This document shows, one piece after another, positions 38,357 through 47,371 of a DNA stretch of 64,000 bases (position 1 is its first letter; every line of letters starts with the position of its first letter). A model generated the notes under the pieces. The model was not told the DNA's origin and did not search any database. It saw nothing but the letters and a program-made list of their open reading frames with translations. The stretch is from contig JAUYMS010000012.1 of the NCBI GenBank assembly GCA_030698625.1, forward strand, positions 29,872 through 93,871, in the 5' to 3' direction. This DNA comes from Candidatus Omnitrophota bacterium (GTDB taxonomy: Bacteria > Omnitrophota > Omnitrophia > Omnitrophales > Aquincolibacteriaceae). Position numbers and translations under genes: made by a program.

Positions 38357-41300
38357 ATGATGAAACACAAAAAAAGGGCGATTAGTATACTGACGCTGAT
38401 GTTCTTCATGAGCACTCAGGCCGTTGGCGCTATGCCGGCCGGTGGCATTGAGTACGCTCCGCAGGGTGAAACTCCGTCCTTCTTACAAATTGATATTCCC
38501 GACAACCTGGCTCGCGTCGAAGAAGTTTACGAGGCGCCTCCCAAGGTAGATCCGAACCTTATCCTTCACATTCAGAACGCTCACGGCAATTATGAAGCCC
38601 AAGTTAAGATCAAGGGGCTTATGGACTACCTCTATAAGAGCTACGGATTCAAGTTGTTCTTCGTCGAAGGTGCGGTCGAGAAGATGAATGCCGACTACCT
38701 CAGGTTCTACTCCGATCCGGAACGCAATCAGCAATTTGCCGATCTTCTTGCGCGCGACGGAGAACTGACCGGCGCGGAACTGTTTCTGTTGGAGGCCCCG
38801 GCAGAAGTTGAAGCGATCGGTATCGAACAGGCAGAGCTCTACAAAGCAAACTACGAGGCCTTCAAAACCGTGTATAAGGCCGAATCCGACTTTGAAAATT
38901 ATCTGAGAGATCTCGACAAGCGGCTGATGAGCTTCTCGTCAAAGGCCCTTCCGAGTGAATTGCGAAGCATTCTCGTCGAGTGGAAAAAGTTCGAAGAAGG
39001 AAGGCGGCAGTTCCTTCCTTACGTCAAGCGCCTGGCCGAACATGCCAAGCGGTACCTGGATATGGATTTACGCAGTCTTTTTTCGCAGATTGAATGGCCG
39101 CAGATTTCCCGTTTGCTTGTTTTGCAGTCTATGGAAACGGACCTCGATATCGAGGCCGGACGAAAAGAACGTGAAGGCGTCGTAAGATTCCTCAGGGAGC
39201 ACCAAGTCTCCGAAAAGCTGATAACGGCCGTGCAGGAGCTCGAAGAGAAGAAGATTCAGATGAGCCGTCTGAATGTTCGCGACGAACGTCTCGAGGACCT
39301 GCCGAGGTATCTCCTGGAACGCCTTGTAAGCGAAGCCGGGCCCAAAGGATTTAGGTTTGACGATTTTCCCGCTTTCAGTCTTTATGCCGGATACCTGGTT
39401 TTGAAAAGCGAACTGGATTCCAAACAGCTATTTCGCGAAATTGACTTCCTCTTCGACCGTATTATGAATAAGTTGGCCGTCACACCCGAAGAAAAAGCGC
39501 TCCTCGAGCTTTTTCACGACGCCGAATCGCTCCGCAAACTTTTTCACCTGGAGCTTTCCCGGCCCGACTGGCAGACCGCCGTTCGCAGGCGCAACATGAT
39601 CGAACCTTCGGTGATGGCAGAACGGGCCGCAGCCATGGATCCGGAATCCGAAGCGATTGTGGTGAAGCCCTCACTTGCGCAAGTATTCGATACGGCCTTT
39701 ACCTTCTATGACCTGGCCCGCCAGCGCGAGGCCGTTTTCCATTACACGATGAAGCAGGAAATGTTCAAGCGGGGTTTGGATAAGACCAGCGTCCTCACCG
39801 GCGGCTTTCACACCGAAGGCATGCTCGATATGTTCCGCGAAGACGAAACCAATTACGGAGTTTTGATGCCGCGCATACGCGGCAAGGTGGACCGTGAAAA
39901 TTACGTGCACACCGTCATGGGCGACAGGCCCGGCACCTTTGAGGCGTCCACCATGGAAGTTCGTTCGGGTGTTGTCAGTCCCGCCAACTTCGTCGCATCC
40001 GGCGGTGATGTCGCCCTACTCACACAGCGCAATGCGCTTAAGGTTGCAGCCGTAGACAAAGACAATGCCACTAATGCGCCAGACGGCAATCAATTTGAGG
40101 TCGTCAGAAGGACGGATGCGCTGAATAATACACCCTTTGCGCTCGATTATGGCGTTGCCTTTCTTTATGATCCCGTTCAGCAGATTGTTTACCTGTTTGT
40201 TGCAGGGAAACCGTTAAGAGTTGACGGGCAGTATCTTGCCGTCGCAACGGCACTGGTTACCAACCGGGTAAATCGCAGTGAGCTTCGTTCCCTCGATGAT
40301 CGTTTGCTGCGCATACCGCAGGCGCCGTCACGGAAGCTACTCGACGACCTCGCCGGGATCCTTGGCGAACAGGAAGTTGCCAGAAACAAACGCCGCCGTG
40401 AGCAACAGCCGCTCGGTACGCGCCCGGACAGCCGAACCGGTCTCGTTCTCCCTGACGGCGGGGTCACTGCACCTGCCTCCGGTGTGGCTCGTGTAGATAA
40501 CGGCCTACTGGTTTCAGAAACGGCCGGACAGCTTGTCGGTGTTGATGGTCAAGTGATTTCGTCGGCATCAAGACGCGTAGTTGCCGTCTCCGGTTTACAG
40601 ACAATACCCGCACAGACAATTGCTGCGGATCAACCGCCCACGCCGCCGGCAGGAATCCCGGGGCTCGATTTTCTACTTGGAAGGGATGGCCTAGATATAC
40701 AAACCGCCGTGAGGGGAGTCGTCGGCGCGAGTGCCTTACAACAAGTTCCTTTCTTAGGGGACGTTGCCGGCTTTAGAGGCGTTGGGGCCAATCTCCTGCG
40801 ACAGTTGGTTGAGGATCAACGCGAACCGCCCTCGGCCGATAGAGTGCGTGCGATCGTCAGCACGAGCGGCACGGCTGGTATTGTATCTCGCAATGGTTCG
40901 GTCGCGCAGTTTCAAACTGATCTCACAGCCATTGTTCTGGCCGTCAGCCAGAACCAGGATCCGAAGCTTGTCACGGCCCGCAATGCATTGCGCGCTCTCG
41001 CACCGGGAACACCGTCGCATACAACGAATGTCGTGGATGCTTTAGAGCTTACCCGATCTGAGCTGCGTACCGCTAATGTCTTTCTCCTATCATTGGACCA
41101 GCCTTCGGCCGTTACTTATTTTGCTCTGTTACCGGCACAGGCGACCCGAGAGCAGATTACCGCGGCGCAGGATGGCTTTGACACGATTCTCAGTAAATTC
41201 GCTGCGACGACCCTGGGGAGGGCACCCGGGCTTAGCGTGAAAGTTGTGCCCGCGAGCCGCCGCGCCTTGCAAAAGGCCGCTATACAGGCTACGGCTTCGG

Positions 41301-41734
41301 CTTATGCGAATCTATTGAGCAGATTTGTGGATAATATCGCCGACCTCAGCAAAAATCATTCGCTGACAACCGTACGTCCTGACGGTCAGAGAGTTCTGGA
41401 TCAGGCGGGCATCGACATTACGCTTGCGATCACACAAACGCTGCTTACTACGACAGCGATCGCGGCTACTGACTTAAGCGACAAAGAAAAGAATGCAGTC
41501 CTTATTCTGGGGGCCAGCATCGCGGGACAAATGGTTGCGGCCGAAAAGTTGGATGAGGTCGGTGCCGAACGCCTACTGACGATTGCCAGCAGCTTGCGTG
41601 AAGACGTTAAAGCCGCGATCGATGCTTTCCAAGATAAATTCGGTATCAATCCTACGGGATTTAAGCTATTTAGCAGCGCAGCGGTGCTCGTACAAGCCCT
41701 TGCCGCCCTCGAAGAACTCGCCAAAGCCGCGTAA
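38357..41734 (+). CDS. large secreted protein (1125 aa): signal peptide, TIKI/TraB/ChaN-like N-terminal domain, Ala/Val/Gly-rich cargo region with two RSELR motifs
   Basis: Basic-hydrophobic signal peptide; motifs HIQNAH (aa 71-76), VEG (103-105), GIE...Y, RE, GGFH (482-485); RSELR at aa 640 and 900. The ORF is certain; the function is inferred. Confidence 0.75.
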   Translation: MMKHKKRAISILTLMFFMSTQAVGAMPAGGIEYAPQGETPSFLQIDIPDNLARVEEVYEAPPKVDPNLILHIQNAHGNYEAQVKIKGLMDYLYKSYGFKLFFVEGAVEKMNADYLRFYSDPERNQQFADLLARDGELTGAELFLLEAPAEVEAIGIEQAELYKANYEAFKTVYKAESDFENYLRDLDKRLMSFSSKALPSELRSILVEWKKFEEGRRQFLPYVKRLAEHAKRYLDMDLRSLFSQIEWPQISRLLVLQSMETDLDIEAGRKEREGVVRFLREHQVSEKLITAVQELEEKKIQMSRLNVRDERLEDLPRYLLERLVSEAGPKGFRFDDFPAFSLYAGYLVLKSELDSKQLFREIDFLFDRIMNKLAVTPEEKALLELFHDAESLRKLFHLELSRPDWQTAVRRRNMIEPSVMAERAAAMDPESEAIVVKPSLAQVFDTAFTFYDLARQREAVFHYTMKQEMFKRGLDKTSVLTGGFHTEGMLDMFREDETNYGVLMPRIRGKVDRENYVHTVMGDRPGTFEASTMEVRSGVVSPANFVASGGDVALLTQRNALKVAAVDKDNATNAPDGNQFEVVRRTDALNNTPFALDYGVAFLYDPVQQIVYLFVAGKPLRVDGQYLAVATALVTNRVNRSELRSLDDRLLRIPQAPSRKLLDDLAGILGEQEVARNKRRREQQPLGTRPDSRTGLVLPDGGVTAPASGVARVDNGLLVSETAGQLVGVDGQVISSASRRVVAVSGLQTIPAQTIAADQPPTPPAGIPGLDFLLGRDGLDIQTAVRGVVGASALQQVPFLGDVAGFRGVGANLLRQLVEDQREPPSADRVRAIVSTSGTAGIVSRNGSVAQFQTDLTAIVLAVSQNQDPKLVTARNALRALAPGTPSHTTNVVDALELTRSELRTANVFLLSLDQPSAVTYFALLPAQATREQITAAQDGFDTILSKFAATTLGRAPGLSVKVVPASRRALQKAAIQATASAYANLLSRFVDNIADLSKNHSLTTVRPDGQRVLDQAGIDITLAITQTLLTTTAIAATDLSDKEKNAVLILGASIAGQMVAAEKLDEVGAERLLTIASSLREDVKAAIDAFQDKFGINPTGFKLFSSAAVLVQALAALEELAKAA

Positions 41735-41739
41735 CCGTC

Positions 41740-41763
41740 AATTTTCCCGCCGGCGGGAAAATT
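41740..41763. repeat. perfect 24-bp palindrome between convergent genes
   Basis: AATTTTCCCGCCGGCGGGAAAATT equals its own reverse complement. Confidence 0.85.
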
Positions 41764-42443
41764 CAGCTACCACCTTCCATTCTTTTGAGCAGGGCTTCCA
41801 TCTTTTTCTGCGGCATCATGTCTCCGTTTTCGGTAGCGACCTGAATCCCTCGTTCGTAAATTTTACGCGCCTTGGCCTTATCCCCAAATGCTTCCAAAGC
41901 CATTCCCAGGCCCAGATACGACGAGGTATGCTTTGCGTCTACCTCGATCGCTTTCTCAAAAGTATCCATAGCCTCGCGCTTTTTTCCGGACTCGAAATAG
42001 GCCGTCCCTAAACTGTAATAGCCCAGGACATCGGCAGGATCGATTTCGATCACCTGTTTAAAACGTTCGATTCTCTCCGCATGATCCACTTTGGGCATTT
42101 CCGCTTGCTTGGATTTGAGTTCTGACTTCCAGGTGAGCCGGCGCGCTTCATTCTGCTCGTCTTCGGCTTCGAGGATCATCTCCTTGGCGACATAGCAGCG
42201 GGAAAGATTGGTGTGAGCCATAATGCAGTTCGGGTTTAGCTTGACCCACTTCTTCGTGCAGGTGATGGCCTCGTCGTATTTTTTCTGATTATAAAGAATG
42301 ACTGAGAGGGCTTCGTGGGCGTCTTCGAATGCGGGATGGGCGGCAATGACGCGGTTTAATTTCTCGATTGCGGCAGCATTGCGGTCGTGACGAAAGTCTT
42401 CGAGGGCTTCTTGGTAGAGTGGCGGGATTTCCTTACTGCTCAT
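41763..42443 (-). CDS. tetratricopeptide repeat protein
   Basis: Several TPR-like units (A...L...P....AH..LS; YYSLG.AY...G...EA...FEKAI..D). Confidence 0.85.
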   Translation of the reverse strand: MSSKEIPPLYQEALEDFRHDRNAAAIEKLNRVIAAHPAFEDAHEALSVILYNQKKYDEAITCTKKWVKLNPNCIMAHTNLSRCYVAKEMILEAEDEQNEARRLTWKSELKSKQAEMPKVDHAERIERFKQVIEIDPADVLGYYSLGTAYFESGKKREAMDTFEKAIEVDAKHTSSYLGLGMALEAFGDKAKARKIYERGIQVATENGDMMPQKKMEALLKRMEGGS

Positions 42444-42744
42444 TCAGGCCTAATTTTTTCTTGCCTTCCTCGCTGATGCGTTCGGGTGTCCAGGGCGGAT
42501 CAAAGACGAGCTCCACATCGACATCTTCGGTGCCGCAGGTCTCCACAATTTTGTTGCGCAGTTGGGCCGGAATCTCCTGTGCTGAGGGGCAGGATTGAGA
42601 GGTTAGCGACATACGGATCTTTACGGCGCCGGAATCGGGCGCGGCCTCAATGTCGTAGATCAAACCCAGGTCCCAGATATTTACGGGAATTTCGGGGTCA
42701 AAACACAGCTTGGCGGCTTCGATTACTTGTTCTTTGGTAGGCAT
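42433..42744 (-). CDS. DUF59/SufT (MIP18) Fe-S assembly protein
   Basis: DPEIPVNI.DLGLIY, MSLT...CP, LVFDPPW. Confidence 0.92.
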   Translation of the reverse strand: MPTKEQVIEAAKLCFDPEIPVNIWDLGLIYDIEAAPDSGAVKIRMSLTSQSCPSAQEIPAQLRNKIVETCGTEDVDVELVFDPPWTPERISEEGKKKLGLNEQ

Positions 42745-42792
42745 GATAGCATCATAGCAGAATATGGCACGGTTGTGCTAAAATCCTGCGCT

Positions 42793-43581
42793 ATGGCACC
42801 GGGACGAGAACTAACTGTGTTTATGAGCCTGTGGTATACGGTGACAGGCTGGCTATGTGCGATGCTTTTGACGATAGGCCTGTCGCTTTGGGGCATCGTC
42901 GTTTGTCTGCCGTTTAGCTTGATTTGCCAAAAGGGATCTCGAGCCTCAGTTCACGGGATATCTCTTCTGTGGGCGGACCTTCTCCTCTTCTTTAACCCCG
43001 CCTGGCGCATTAGACTGGAAGGGAATCAATTGCTTGATCACGACGGGCCCTTTGTCATCATTGCCAACCACCAGAGTCTTCTGGATATTTTGATCGTATG
43101 CGCAGGCTTGAAGCGCCATTTTAAATTCCTGGCAAAAAAAGAACTGTTTCCGATCCCGTTTATGGGGTGGCATATGTTCGCGGCCGGATACATCCCTTTA
43201 AGGCGCGGAGACCGCGAAAGTGCGAGGGCGGCCCTTGAAGAGGCGCGGCAATGGCTTCGCCGCGGGGTGAGCGTATTGTTCTTCCCGGAGGGCACCCGCA
43301 GCCTGGATGGAGAAATTCACGATTTCAAACCGGGCGCCTTTAAACTGGCGCGCGAAGAAGGCGTCGATGTTTTACCCCTCGTCATTGATCGCACAGGCAC
43401 GGCCCTGCCGAAACATTCCATCATGATTCGGCGCAAAACGGATTTCTGGCTGTCCATCGGTAAGCCGGTGTCTGTTGTTGACGGCAAGGACAGGCTCGAT
43501 GCGATCCGCCTATCGGTTCGCGCCGAGATGGCAGACCGCTTACACAACATCCGCAGTCGCGAAGAAACCCCGACCCCGTGA
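42793..43581 (+). CDS. plsC: 1-acyl-sn-glycerol-3-phosphate acyltransferase
   Basis: NHQSLLD, F.AKKEL, FPEGTRS, FK.GAF. Start at ATG 42793 is inferred from the promoter position. Confidence 0.88.
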   Translation: MAPGRELTVFMSLWYTVTGWLCAMLLTIGLSLWGIVVCLPFSLICQKGSRASVHGISLLWADLLLFFNPAWRIRLEGNQLLDHDGPFVIIANHQSLLDILIVCAGLKRHFKFLAKKELFPIPFMGWHMFAAGYIPLRRGDRESARAALEEARQWLRRGVSVLFFPEGTRSLDGEIHDFKPGAFKLAREEGVDVLPLVIDRTGTALPKHSIMIRRKTDFWLSIGKPVSVVDGKDRLDAIRLSVRAEMADRLHNIRSREETPTP

Positions 43582-44342
43582 AAATACTGACCCTCAATAC
43601 CTGGCAAGAGCGCGGACCCTGGGAAGCGCGCTGGGAACTCATCATCGACTGGATCGACAATGAAAAGCCCGACTTCATCGCCTTTCAGGAACTCTTTAAC
43701 GGCGAGTGGGCCGCGGCGGTCCGGAAACGCACCGGTTACGGCCACCTCGTCAGTTATCCGGAACCTTCCGGTCTGGTGTTCCTTTCACAGCAGCCCGTGG
43801 TGAATTCTGCCTTAGTTGAAATGCAGGCGCAGTCGCCGACAGAAGACTATTCCCGATACGCGCTATTCTCCGAGTTCGAATTTTTAGGAAAGCCCCTGAC
43901 CCTGCTCAACACGCATCTGTCCTGGAAACTCGGCGAGGATGACGTGCGAGCGCGGCAGGTCGATGAACTTCTGAGTCTTGTCGATCGCCGGCATGAGGGG
44001 CGGCTAGTTTTCGCGATGGGCGATTTTAATAGCCCGCCGGAGGGCGCGGCGATTCGGAAAATGGTCCGGCAGGGGTCTTTTAAAGACGCCTATGCCGGTC
44101 TTCATCCGGGCGAAGAAGGGTTGACGTGGAGCCACAGGAATCCCTACACGCAGATCGCCAGTACCATTGACGGGGCCGTCGATTTGCCGGCGCGCCGGCT
44201 CGACTATATCTTTGTGAAAGAAGGCGCGGGCCGGGAAATTCGGGCGGCTTCAGTCGAGGTCGTTTTGCATGAGCCGGATGCGGCAGGGGTGTGGCCTTCC
44301 GACCATTTCGGACTGCTGGCGACCTTTGAGGGGCTTGAATAA
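43578..44342 (+). CDS. endonuclease/exonuclease/phosphatase family protein
   Basis: TLN, QE, THL, GDFN, LDYIF, SDH. Confidence 0.9.
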   Translation: MKILTLNTWQERGPWEARWELIIDWIDNEKPDFIAFQELFNGEWAAAVRKRTGYGHLVSYPEPSGLVFLSQQPVVNSALVEMQAQSPTEDYSRYALFSEFEFLGKPLTLLNTHLSWKLGEDDVRARQVDELLSLVDRRHEGRLVFAMGDFNSPPEGAAIRKMVRQGSFKDAYAGLHPGEEGLTWSHRNPYTQIASTIDGAVDLPARRLDYIFVKEGAGREIRAASVEVVLHEPDAAGVWPSDHFGLLATFEGLE

Positions 44343-44348
44343 AGGCCG

Positions 44349-45089
44349 ATGCGCGGGAGTCTAAACAATATGAGAAAGTCCTGGATTGGCGTGATTTTGG
44401 TAGGACTGCTCTGGCACGGATGCGCGACTGCGCCCAAGACTTTCCTGGCGGCCGACGGGGTGCCGATTGCTTATAAACATCAGGTTGTTGAAGGCGCCAG
44501 AGGTACGGCAATCCTTCTGCACGGCTTGGGGTCCTCCTACGACGAATGGTACGATTTTGCGAAATTTCTTAATCGAGAAGGCTGGTCGACATTGGCCATT
44601 GATTTTCGCGGTCACGGAGAAAGTACGGAATGGCTGGGAGCGAACATCGATTGGCATAATTTCCCGGTCAAGAGTTCGAAATTATTCTTGCGCGACGTAG
44701 AGGCGGCGGCGCGGCATTTGGAAGGCGAAGGAGAACTCTGGCTGGTGGGGGGCAGTATGGGGAGCGGTATGAGCTTGTCCTATGCGGCGGAGCATGCTGA
44801 AATCAGCGGTATCGTGCTCCTGTCACCGGGCCTTAAGACAATGGGTTTGGATCTCAAGCCCGCTATTGAGCGCTATGGCACACGCCCGATTCTTGTGGCC
44901 GCTTCGGCCGATGACGGCAAGAGCGTCGCGAATAGTCAGTATTTGCATGAGAAAGCGGCGGGGCCGAAGAAGATCATTACCTATGAAGACGCAGGCCATT
45001 CCACGGCGATGCTGGATTGGGAGAAGGACTTAAAACAGGAAATTCTTTCGTTCATGAATGAACATGTAAAACCGAAAGCCGGGGGATAA
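44349..45089 (+). CDS. alpha/beta hydrolase, probable lipoprotein
   Basis: Lipobox-like LWHGC, LLHG, DFRGHGES, GGSMG nucleophile elbow, Asp and His downstream. Confidence 0.85.
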   Translation: MRGSLNNMRKSWIGVILVGLLWHGCATAPKTFLAADGVPIAYKHQVVEGARGTAILLHGLGSSYDEWYDFAKFLNREGWSTLAIDFRGHGESTEWLGANIDWHNFPVKSSKLFLRDVEAAARHLEGEGELWLVGGSMGSGMSLSYAAEHAEISGIVLLSPGLKTMGLDLKPAIERYGTRPILVAASADDGKSVANSQYLHEKAAGPKKIITYEDAGHSTAMLDWEKDLKQEILSFMNEHVKPKAGG

Positions 45090-45092
45090 ACG

Positions 45093-46208
45093 ATGAGTGA
45101 CGAAGGGTACACAGCAGACAAAGCAACGGCGTATCAGAAGATCAAACAGAAACTCAGTCTCTTTCACCTGGTGCTTACCCCGGTGCTCTTGTACCTGGCA
45201 CTTGCCGGTCCGCTGGCCTCCGCGCTTAGGAGCGGCGGCAGTCTCTTAGGAGAGAATCCTTTCGCGGCCGTGGGGCTCTACTTTCTCCTGTTCTCCGTTT
45301 ACCTCTTTCTCTTCGACTTTCCGTTATCCTTTTATTCGGGTTTTGTCTTGGAACACCGTTTCGGTCTTTCCAACCAAAGCCTCGGCGCCTGGCTCGGCTT
45401 TCTAGGAAAACGCCTCTTGATTTCCACTTTGTTTTCTTTGGCCCTGGTTGAAGCGCTCTATGCGTTGATCCGTCATTTCCCCGACACCTGGTGGCTGTTC
45501 GCCTGGGCGGGATATGCCTTTGTGGGCTATGTGCTCGGGAAAATATTTCCCGTCGTCATCGTGCCGCTTTTTTATAAGTACAGCGCGGTCGCCGACGATG
45601 CCTTGCGGGAGCGGATTCTGACGCTCGCGAAGCGTTATGGTTTGGGTGTCGAAAATGTCTATTCGCTGAACTTGAGTAAGACGACCAAGAAGGCGAACGC
45701 GGCCTTTATGGGCTTGGGCAAGACAAAGCGTGTCGTCCTAAGCGACACCCTGATTGACAACTTCACCCATGATGAGATCGAGACGGTCGTCGCGCATGAA
45801 CTGGGGCATTTTAAACACCGTGATATTTGGCGGCAGTTGGCTTTCGGGTTAGTCACTTCGTTGATAGGTTTCTGGATCGCCTTTCGAGTCATGGGTGCCG
45901 CCGCGACCTCCTGGGGCCTCGAGGGTGTTTCCGATGTCGGCAGTATGCCGCTTCTATTTCTGGTCTTTTATGTTTTCGGCCTTGCCCTGATGCCCGTGGG
46001 CAACGGTTTTTCTCGTTATATGGAAAGGGGGGCCGATCGATTTGCCTTGGAAGCCCTGCGGCGGGCCGACGTCTTTATTTCTTGTATGGATAAATTAGGA
46101 AAGGTGAACCTGGCAGATCCCGAACCGAATCCGGTTTACGAATGGTTTTTTTACGATCATCCGGCCATCGGCCGGCGGATTGCCATGGCAAAATCCTTTA
46201 AGGCATGA
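45093..46208 (+). CDS. M48 family (Ste24-like) membrane metallopeptidase
   Basis: ANA.F.G.G..KRVVL.DTL, AHELGH, E..ADRFA, HP.I..RI. Confidence 0.92.
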   Translation: MSDEGYTADKATAYQKIKQKLSLFHLVLTPVLLYLALAGPLASALRSGGSLLGENPFAAVGLYFLLFSVYLFLFDFPLSFYSGFVLEHRFGLSNQSLGAWLGFLGKRLLISTLFSLALVEALYALIRHFPDTWWLFAWAGYAFVGYVLGKIFPVVIVPLFYKYSAVADDALRERILTLAKRYGLGVENVYSLNLSKTTKKANAAFMGLGKTKRVVLSDTLIDNFTHDEIETVVAHELGHFKHRDIWRQLAFGLVTSLIGFWIAFRVMGAAATSWGLEGVSDVGSMPLLFLVFYVFGLALMPVGNGFSRYMERGADRFALEALRRADVFISCMDKLGKVNLADPEPNPVYEWFFYDHPAIGRRIAMAKSFKA

Positions 46209-47317
46209 TGCCCTTCCGCGTGTCTTTTTTTCTGATGTTCTCGCTGATGATCACGACTTCTGCGGGTTTTGCCGAGGACGAGAAATCATCGGCGGCTAAG
46301 GCATTGGAAAGGAGGCAGAAGGTGCAGTTGATGAGTTTTTTTCATCAGGACCCGAAGCAGGCCAAGCTCCCCACGGCACCGATGGCCATTGAGCTGTTCA
46401 ATCAGGCCGTAGAGTTCTACCAACAGCAGGAGTATGAGCTTGCGCTCGAGGTCTTGAGAGATTCGCTGCATTACGATGACCAGAATGCCCTGGCGTATGA
46501 ACTTATAGGCGACATCTATTACCTGCAGCAAAAGCTTGCCGATGCCAAAGAGAATTACCAGATCGCGTTTGCCTTAAGGCCGCAGGCCGATTTGAAGGCC
46601 AAGATCGAGAAATTGCGCGCTGAGGCGACCGTAGAGCGGGGACTGGCAACTTATCGGGAAAAACACTTCATCATCAAATACCGGGGAGAAGACATGCGCT
46701 TTGAAGGTTATGAATTGCGTGAACTGCTCCGGCAGACTTACCGCGATCTCTCGAAGACGCTCGGTTATTACTTCAACCACAAGGTGGTCGTGGTGCTTTA
46801 CGATCAGAAAGAGTTCGCCGAGATTACGCGGCTGCCGCACTGGGCAGCCGGTGTTTACGACGGCAAGGTCCGCATGCCGATTTACAAACAAGGTTTTCAG
46901 GAGATCGATCTTAAGGCCCTGACGGTGCATGAGGTGACCCACGCTTTTGTCGCAGGGATGAGTTCGCGGCGGGCTCCGGCATGGGTCAACGAAGGGTTGG
47001 CGGAGTACTTCGAGCGGCAGGTTCAGCCGGGTGATGATCTGGTCCTCAAAGCCGCCATCAAGACTAATACCCTGATCGCCGTCGACAAACTGATGTTGCC
47101 CGGAATTACAGGCTCCCTGAATGACCCCCTGCTGATAACTCTCTTTTATGACCAGTCTTACAGCCTTGTCCGCTACATGATAGACCGGTACGGATTGTTC
47201 CGCATGAAGAAGCTGTTGGAGGAGTTCGGCAAGGGGTCAAACTCGGATGAGGCTCTGAGAAAGGTACTCAGGATCTCTCCTCTGAAGCTGGAGGCCGAGT
47301 GGAAGGAAACTTTGTAG
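46205..47317 (+). CDS. exported TPR + peptidase MA-like zinc metalloprotease
   Basis: Signal peptide, TPRs, HEVTH...P.W.NEGLAEY. Confidence 0.85.
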   Translation: MMPFRVSFFLMFSLMITTSAGFAEDEKSSAAKALERRQKVQLMSFFHQDPKQAKLPTAPMAIELFNQAVEFYQQQEYELALEVLRDSLHYDDQNALAYELIGDIYYLQQKLADAKENYQIAFALRPQADLKAKIEKLRAEATVERGLATYREKHFIIKYRGEDMRFEGYELRELLRQTYRDLSKTLGYYFNHKVVVVLYDQKEFAEITRLPHWAAGVYDGKVRMPIYKQGFQEIDLKALTVHEVTHAFVAGMSSRRAPAWVNEGLAEYFERQVQPGDDLVLKAAIKTNTLIAVDKLMLPGITGSLNDPLLITLFYDQSYSLVRYMIDRYGLFRMKKLLEEFGKGSNSDEALRKVLRISPLKLEAEWKETL

Positions 47318-47337
47318 GGCGTCTCGCACGAACCCGT

Positions 47338-47346
47338 GCTATAATT
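47338..47346 (+). promoter_or_regulatory. extended -10 promoter of batD
   Basis: TGCTATAAT about 25 nt upstream of the ATG. Confidence 0.55.
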
Positions 47347-47371
47347 ATCCCTTTGTACAACAGGGGTTACG

